From the NCBI RefSeq assembly GCF_000406145.1, contig NZ_CM001976.1, forward strand, positions 2,891,337 through 2,923,336: a DNA stretch of 32,000 bases, written 5' to 3'. Position 1 is the first letter of the stretch. Each line of letters begins with the position of its first letter. Position numbers and translations under genes: made by a program. Below, piece by piece: positions 26,803 through 32,000 of this stretch. This stretch comes from Dickeya dadantii NCPPB 898. Its GTDB lineage: Bacteria > Pseudomonadota > Gammaproteobacteria > Enterobacterales > Enterobacteriaceae. The notes below the pieces were generated by a model. That model was not told the origin of the DNA, made no database searches, and worked only from the letters and a program-made list of their open reading frames with translations.

Positions 26803-27993
26803 ATGTTTGAAAAAATCTCTGCCGCACCTGCCGACCCGATTCTGGGGCTGGCTGACTTGTTTCGCGCTGACGAGCGTCCTCATAAAATCAATCTGGGGAT
26901 TGGGGTCTATAAAGATGAAACAGGTAAGACGCCGGTACTTACCAGTGTTAAAAAAGCGGAACAGCTGTTGCTGGAAACAGAAACCACCAAAAACTACCTG
27001 AGCATCGATGGCATACCGGAATTTGCCCGTTGCACCCAGGAGTTGTTGTTCAGTAAGCAGAGCGAGATCATTGCGAACAAACGCGCGCGCACCGCACAGA
27101 CGCCGGGCGGCACCGGCGGTCTACGTGTTGCCGCAGACTTCATCGCCAATCAAACCAGCGCCAAACGTATCTGGGTCAGTAACCCGAGCTGGCCGAACCA
27201 CAAAAATGTGTTCTCAGCCGTCGGTCTCGAAGTCTGTGATTACACCTACTACGATGCTGTCAACCACGCACTGGATTTTGACGGTATGCTGACCAGCCTC
27301 AACGCGGCTCAGGCCGGCGATGTTGTGCTGTTCCATGGCTGTTGCCATAACCCCACCGGTATCGACCCAACGGAAGCGCAGTGGGCGCAATTGGCCGATC
27401 TGGCGCTGGAAAAAGGCTGGCTGCCGTTATTCGACTTCGCCTATCAGGGCTTTGCCCGCGGTCTGGATGAAGACGCCGCAGGGCTGCGTATTTTTGCAGC
27501 CAAACACAAAGAGTTAGTCGTCGCCAGCTCTTACTCCAAAAACTTTGGCTTGTACAACGAGCGTGTCGGCGCCTGCACTATCGTGGCGGCAGATGCCGCC
27601 ACTGTCGACACCGCATTCAGCCAGGTGAAGGCGGCGATCCGCGCCAACTACTCCAACCCGCCGTCACACGGCGCGGCGGTGGTGGCTACGGTGCTGTCCA
27701 ACGAGTCACTGCGTAATATCTGGGAACAGGAACTGACGGCAATGCGTGAACGTATTCAGCGTATGCGCCACCTGTTCGTCAGTACACTGCAGGAAAAAGG
27801 TGCCAATCAGGATTTCTCCTTTATCATCAATCAGAATGGCATGTTCTCTTTCAGCGGACTGAACAAGGATCAGGTGCTGCGTCTGCGCAACGAATTTGGT
27901 ATTTACGCGGTGAACTCCGGCCGAATCAACGTGGCAGGCATGACGCCGGAAAACATGGCGCCGCTGTGCGAAGCCATCGTTGCCGTGATGTAA
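26803..27993 (+). CDS. aspC: AspC, aspartate aminotransferase (PLP-dependent, class I)
   Basis: [54 protein letters not shown] is nearly identical to the E. coli AspC N-terminus. The [17 protein letters not shown]-lysine motif is present and the 396-aa length matches. The track start at 26653 is a 50-codon over-extension. Confidence 0.96.
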   Translation: MFEKISAAPADPILGLADLFRADERPHKINLGIGVYKDETGKTPVLTSVKKAEQLLLETETTKNYLSIDGIPEFARCTQELLFSKQSEIIANKRARTAQTPGGTGGLRVAADFIANQTSAKRIWVSNPSWPNHKNVFSAVGLEVCDYTYYDAVNHALDFDGMLTSLNAAQAGDVVLFHGCCHNPTGIDPTEAQWAQLADLALEKGWLPLFDFAYQGFARGLDEDAAGLRIFAAKHKELVVASSYSKNFGLYNERVGACTIVAADAATVDTAFSQVKAAIRANYSNPPSHGAAVVATVLSNESLRNIWEQELTAMRERIQRMRHLFVSTLQEKGANQDFSFIINQNGMFSFSGLNKDQVLRLRNEFGIYAVNSGRINVAGMTPENMAPLCEAIVAVM

Positions 27994-28033
27994 TGCATAA
28001 CAGTCATCGCCCTTCCCAAAGGGCGAATAGAAA

Positions 28034-28065
28034 CAAAAAAGCCAGCATACTTGCTGGCTTTTTTG
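28034..28065. terminator. Bidirectional rho-independent terminator between the convergent aspC and gloC genes
   Basis: aaaaaaaGCCAGCAtactTGCTGGCtttttt has an A-run and a T-run flanking a GC stem. Confidence 0.85.
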
Positions 28066-28082
28066 CGCGGATAAAACAGGAA

Positions 28083-28721
28083 TCAGTTGGTATCGCGCAC
28101 AAACGGGTTAGTTCTACGCTCTTCGCCAAGCGTGGACGTTGGCCCGTGGCCCGGAATGAAGACAATATCATCGCCCAGCGGGAACAGCTTGTTGCGGATA
28201 GAATCCACCAGCGCCTGATGGTTACCCTGCGGGAAATCGCTACGCCCCACTCCGCCACGAAAAATCACATCGCCAACCTGTGCGAAACGCGCCTGCTCAT
28301 CAATGAACACCACGTGACCCGGCGTGTGCCCCGGGCAGTGCAGAACGGATAATACCGATTCACCAATGGCGACGGTGTCGCCTTCTTCCAGCCAACGGGT
28401 CGGTACCAGCGGCGGACAATCATCTAAACCGAACATCCGGCTCTGGGCAGGTAACCCGTCAAGCCAGAAGGCATCCGCCTGTTGCGGGCCGACAATCGGC
28501 ACCTGAAAATATTCGGCCAGCGCAGCAGCAGCGCCCACATGATCCAAATGACCATGCGTCAACAGGATCTGGGTTACCGTCACACCGGTCTGCGCCACCA
28601 CCTGCTTGATTTTGTCTGCTTCGCCGCCGGGATCCACAATGGCGGCCTGCAACGTTTTTTCACACCATAACAGTGTGCAATTCTGGCTAAAAGCTGTGAC
28701 AGGAATAATCTGGTACTTCAT
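28083..28721 (-). CDS. gloC: GloC (YcbL), metallo-beta-lactamase-fold hydroxyacylglutathione hydrolase (glyoxalase II-type)
   Basis: 212-aa ORF beginning [21 protein letters not shown], with [13 protein letters not shown] (HxHxDH), CPGHTPGH and [12 protein letters not shown]. It is colinear with E. coli YcbL. Confidence 0.9.
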   Translation of the reverse strand: MKYQIIPVTAFSQNCTLLWCEKTLQAAIVDPGGEADKIKQVVAQTGVTVTQILLTHGHLDHVGAAAALAEYFQVPIVGPQQADAFWLDGLPAQSRMFGLDDCPPLVPTRWLEEGDTVAIGESVLSVLHCPGHTPGHVVFIDEQARFAQVGDVIFRGGVGRSDFPQGNHQALVDSIRNKLFPLGDDIVFIPGHGPTSTLGEERRTNPFVRDTN

Positions 28722-28787
28722 ACCGCTCCGTTTTACTTCAATCCTTGTTCAAGGGACAGGCCGATTTCACCCACTCAGCGACTCAGG

Positions 28788-29336
28788 TTACCAGGTGCGA
28801 ATCGCACCGGTATCGATGTGCACAAAATTGCTCTGCGGGTAATAGCCAACGCCGCCGGCACGCATTTTCATCGCGGCTTTTCGGATATTAGCCAGTTGGA
28901 CGCCTTCGATATGGAAATCCATGGCTTTTCCCTGGGTATGGTAGCTCTGTTTTGCCACGCCCTTACTGTGCGACCGCAAATCTTCATTGGTGCTGTAAGA
29001 ACGATAACCCGAGATCAGCTGTACCGGCTTGGTAGAACCCAACATAACTTGCAGCCGGTATAGCTGATCAAACAGCGCCGGGTCGATAGTTTTAACCTTA
29101 TTCGCCCGATAATCGCGGAAGAAATGGTTCAGCCGGGATAACTCGTCTTTGTTATAACGACGACCATCGAAGAATTCGACTTTGAGACGCTCACCGGTAT
29201 TGATATTGTTCAGCGTAAGAATGCGCGGACGAGCAGTGGATAACGAAGCCAGCGATTGACCCGGTAGGAGCGCTATCCCTAACGCCGCCCCGCCGAGCGC
29301 CAGCCATTTGCGTCGATGATTATCAATGTGTTCCAT
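28788..29336 (-). CDS. mepK: MepK (YcbK), Tat-exported murein DD/LD-endopeptidase (peptidase M15 family)
   Basis: MEHIDNHRRKWLALGGAALGIALLPGQSLASLSTARPRILTLNNINTGE aligns to E. coli YcbK (MDKFDANRRKLLALGG...), including the twin-arginine motif. The segment SYHTQGKAMDFHIEG...GGVGYYPQSNFVHIDTG is also present. The track start at 29405 is a 23-codon over-extension. Confidence 0.9.
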   Translation of the reverse strand: MEHIDNHRRKWLALGGAALGIALLPGQSLASLSTARPRILTLNNINTGERLKVEFFDGRRYNKDELSRLNHFFRDYRANKVKTIDPALFDQLYRLQVMLGSTKPVQLISGYRSYSTNEDLRSHSKGVAKQSYHTQGKAMDFHIEGVQLANIRKAAMKMRAGGVGYYPQSNFVHIDTGAIRTW

Positions 29337-29535
29337 AAAGCTTGAGTACCCTGGGCTAAAAAAGCGAAGCGAAGAACAACGGGTGAAGCGGTGCTTATAA
29401 TGCACCGCTTTGCACCTTAACTGCCTGCGGCAGACCCGTCAACCGGCTTTACGCCAACCCCGGCGCGGTCTCCCATCCCTTTTCGCCTGACAACGCCCGT
29501 CGATGCAACCCGAGAATTGCCAGCATTACGGATAC

Positions 29536-31224
29536 TTACTGTAATAATAATCCGACCCTGGACAAAGCCAGCGCGCCGGTTTTCACCGTATCGTCATAAT
29601 TGTAAATATCTGTGCGGAACTGCGGCTTACCATCGTCAGCCACCCAGGCGGTAAGGTAGTAGAAATTCACCGGCACCCTTTGGCGCACCGCCACGTAGGT
29701 GGTGTTGCCCTGTTCAAGCGTTGACGAAATACGGGCATTGTTCCAGCCAGCGTCCTGCAACAGCAACGCCGCCAGCTCCGACGCCTTGTTGACGCGCACG
29801 CATCCCGAACTTAACGCCCGGATATCTTTCTGAAACAAATTGTGGTTAGGCGTGTCGTGCAGGTAGATGGCGTCCGTATTCGGCATATTGAACTTGTAAC
29901 GCCCCAGCGAATTGCTGTCTCCCGGCGCCTGACGCAGGCGATACGGGAAGTTGCCGGCCGAAACCATCGGCCAGTCGATCATCGAAGGATCAATTGGCTG
30001 GGCGCTTTCGGTCCAGTCCGACAATACCGTGTAACCGTGGCGCTGCAGATACCCCGGATCCTGAATGACTTTAGGAATGATGTCCTGGCGGGTAAGTGTG
30101 GTGGGCACGTTCCACGGCGGGTTCATCACCACATTGCTCAATGAGCTGTTCATCAGCGGCGTCTTGCGTTTCGGCTGACCGACAATCACCCTGGACGACA
30201 AAATCTCCGCGCCATTCTGGTAGTAACTGAGCGAGTAGTTGGGAATGTTGACCACGATGCCGCTGCTGACTTTGTCCGGCACCAGTCGCAGGCGCTGGAT
30301 ATTCAACGCCAGCAGCGTCGCGCGCATCTGCGAAGAGACATTGAGCCAGTCGCGGGTGCGTTTACCGATCACACCGTCATCCTGCAGCCCTTGCGAATGC
30401 TGGAAGCGTTTCACCGCCTCCACAACCTCTCCTTCATAACGCAGCGGCGATACATTACCTGACGACGCCTCATTAAACAGCGGCATCGCGGCACCATCCT
30501 GATTCAGCATGCCGGTTCGCAGCAGAATCTCTTTTAGCACCGGTAAAGCGCTGCTTTCATCGCCGGGGCGCAGTGAGTCCGCCAGTACCAGTTTCGGCCA
30601 GGGGCGGTTGTCCGTCAGCATGGTTTTCAACGCATCGTGCATTTTTGCGTACTGGGAATGACGCGGCGCCAACGACGCCATAAACGCCAGCCCGTTGCCC
30701 GATGCAACCGCCTGCTGCCACTGTTCAATCATCGCCGCCGATGGCATGGACAACTTATAGGGAACGCTGCTGTACAACCAACTGTTGCCGTTTTTCTCCA
30801 CCCCGGCAACAAACTGCATGTACCCCAGCATGGCATCCGACAGCACCACATCGCGGGCAAAGCCGTTTAATTTCGGATCGGTCAACCAGGTGACCCAGGT
30901 GGTGAATTGAGGTTGAATACCGGAAAGCGCGACTTCCGCCAACTGCTGTTGAAACGCTTTAACGACGCTGCTGTCGATCCACATCGGCTGCATGTGCTGG
31001 CGCGTATAAAGCGCGGTCAACTCGCTAAGATAATGCGGTGAAATACCGGCAGGCAAACCAGCGGTAACAGAGGTATGACTTTTTGACACGACCGATGGTA
31101 CCGCACTGCCCGATGCAGTCGGCGGAACCGCCTGAGCGGAAAACGAAGTCAACAGACTACCCAGCCAAATCGAGCCGGCTACCCCCAGAAGCAGTCTTTG
31201 CGTATTTCGTTCGACTAACAACAT
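29536..31224 (-). CDS. ldtD: LdtD (YcbB), L,D-transpeptidase (YkuD domain with peptidoglycan-binding domain)
   Basis: The YkuD catalytic region is IYLHDTPNHNLFQKDIRALSSGCVRVNKASELA. Also present are VEAVKRFQHSQGLQDDGVIGKRTRDWLN (PG-binding) and the conserved SRVIVGQPKRKTPLMNS. The start is set at ATG 31224, giving MLLVERNTQRLLLGVAGSIWLGSLLTSFSAQA as signal peptide, with AGGGGA 8 nt upstream. The track start at 31302 has no support. Confidence 0.9.
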   Translation of the reverse strand: MLLVERNTQRLLLGVAGSIWLGSLLTSFSAQAVPPTASGSAVPSVVSKSHTSVTAGLPAGISPHYLSELTALYTRQHMQPMWIDSSVVKAFQQQLAEVALSGIQPQFTTWVTWLTDPKLNGFARDVVLSDAMLGYMQFVAGVEKNGNSWLYSSVPYKLSMPSAAMIEQWQQAVASGNGLAFMASLAPRHSQYAKMHDALKTMLTDNRPWPKLVLADSLRPGDESSALPVLKEILLRTGMLNQDGAAMPLFNEASSGNVSPLRYEGEVVEAVKRFQHSQGLQDDGVIGKRTRDWLNVSSQMRATLLALNIQRLRLVPDKVSSGIVVNIPNYSLSYYQNGAEILSSRVIVGQPKRKTPLMNSSLSNVVMNPPWNVPTTLTRQDIIPKVIQDPGYLQRHGYTVLSDWTESAQPIDPSMIDWPMVSAGNFPYRLRQAPGDSNSLGRYKFNMPNTDAIYLHDTPNHNLFQKDIRALSSGCVRVNKASELAALLLQDAGWNNARISSTLEQGNTTYVAVRQRVPVNFYYLTAWVADDGKPQFRTDIYNYDDTVKTGALALSRVGLLLQ

Positions 31225-31269
31225 CCATTTATCCCCTGTACATAAAATGACACTGCTTTTATCACACCG

Positions 31270-31337
31270 CGTTTTTCGCAACCGGCCGTTTCTGTTAGCC
31301 AATTATTTTTCGCAACCGATATATCCGTTGCAACAAA
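31270..31337 (-). repeat. Four tandem degenerate 17-bp repeats upstream of ldtD (cgtttttcgcaaccggc / cgtttctgttagccaat / tatttttcgcaaccgat / atatccgttgcaacaaa)
   Basis: Read directly. The 12-mer tttttcgcaacc is exact at 31272-31283 and 31306-31317, a 34-bp (2 x 17) spacing. The array lies 46-113 bp upstream of the ldtD ATG. It has the same motif family, period and orientation as the array at 2691-2758. Confidence 0.65.
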
Positions 31338-31567
31338 CCGCCGTGGCGCATCGGAATATAACCGCATCGGAATAGTTCGCCCTGACGGGCAAACCCGCGT
31401 CACGAATAATGGCGGGGTACTCCCTAGTTTATACTGATTTTACGGCGCGGCATGGGAAATAATAAGCCAGTTACTCCCCTAATTCTGACCATCATACAGT
31501 CGGTTATCTTATCTTTCCCCACCGGCTTCGCCTACCGGGGCCGCACATTTTAGCTGGATCAGGAAAT

Positions 31568-32000
31568 TTAACTGGAACAGGAAATCTCCAGATGTTTACC
31601 CCATGTCGGAGGCAACGCGGCCAGATCGGCCATGTCCGGCTGATCCGCATACGGTTGACGTAATGCCTGATGCAAACGCCCGAGCAAGCCGACATCCTCT
31701 CGTTCCGCCTGTTCGATAGCCTGCTGAGCAAGATAATTACGTAACACATAACGCGGGTTGGACTGCCTCATGCGACGCTGGCGCTCAGCATCCTCCACGC
31801 TTTCCAACGCCAGCCGCTGACGGTACGCACTGAACCAACCGTCAAATGCCGGACGATCGATAAACACGTCCTGTAAAGGTGAGTGGCTGCTGTGCCGTTC
31901 TGTTTCCGACAAGAGTCGAAAAATATGGGTATAGTCCGCCAGCTCACGCTGCATCAGCTTCAACAACTCCACCAGCAACCTATTATCCTGCGCCTGCGGC
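31568..32000 (-). CDS. selO: SelO (YdiU) protein adenylyltransferase/UMPylase, C-terminal part only; N-terminus lies beyond the window edge
   Basis: The frame is open to the window edge. The sequence ...[23 protein letters not shown]...[19 protein letters not shown]...[15 protein letters not shown] ends with the characteristic SelO-family ISCSS tail. The apparent 'M' at 31978 is an internal TTG. Confidence 0.8.
   Translation of the reverse strand, partial: PQAQDNRLLVELLKLMQRELADYTHIFRLLSETERHSSHSPLQDVFIDRPAFDGWFSAYRQRLALESVEDAERQRRMRQSNPRYVLRNYLAQQAIEQAEREDVGLLGRLHQALRQPYADQPDMADLAALPPTWGKHLEISCSS

Noticed and set aside
31429-31447. CpxR half-match upstream of ldtD (reverse complement GTAAA-atcag-TATAA), which was of interest because E. 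coli ldtD is Cpx-induced.
   Set aside because: Only one of the two pentamers matches the consensus, and the site is more than 200 bp from the start codon. It is not distinguishable from chance in AT-containing intergenic DNA.

Overview
This window is a core chromosomal segment of an Enterobacterales genome, about 55-58% GC outside the porin region. I cannot name the genus from sequence alone. Gene order is colinear, in reverse, with the E. coli K-12 pqi-uup-rlmL / ycbX / zapC-pyrD / ssuEADCB / pepN / pncB-asnS-ompF-aspC / gloC-mepK-ldtD region. All large genes are recognisable housekeeping or envelope genes. I did not find a convincing novel multi-gene system such as a defence island, toxin-antitoxin pair, CRISPR array or prophage. 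The only accessory-looking DNA is 21.5-26.8 kb. There the single ompF slot between asnS and aspC holds three tandem OmpF-family porin paralogues. The third is divergent and sits behind an IS3-family transposase remnant, a 46-bp duplicate of the aspC upstream segment and an extremely AT-rich tract. Other structure not explained by the genes: (1) two similar arrays of four 17-bp periodic repeats (core CGTTT-N2-TTGCAAC) upstream of pqiA and of ldtD; (2) two enlarged ERIC/IRU elements in inverted orientation flanking pyrD, one ending 1 bp before the ssuE Shine-Dalgarno; (3) a 6 x 16-bp tandem repeat between ycbX and zapC; (4) about 20-bp tandem repeats in the rlmL/ycbX divergent region; (5) candidate PurR, NadR and CpxR operator matches. 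Several ORF-track starts are N-terminally over-extended and are corrected below. pqiB is missing from the track because it runs off the window edge.
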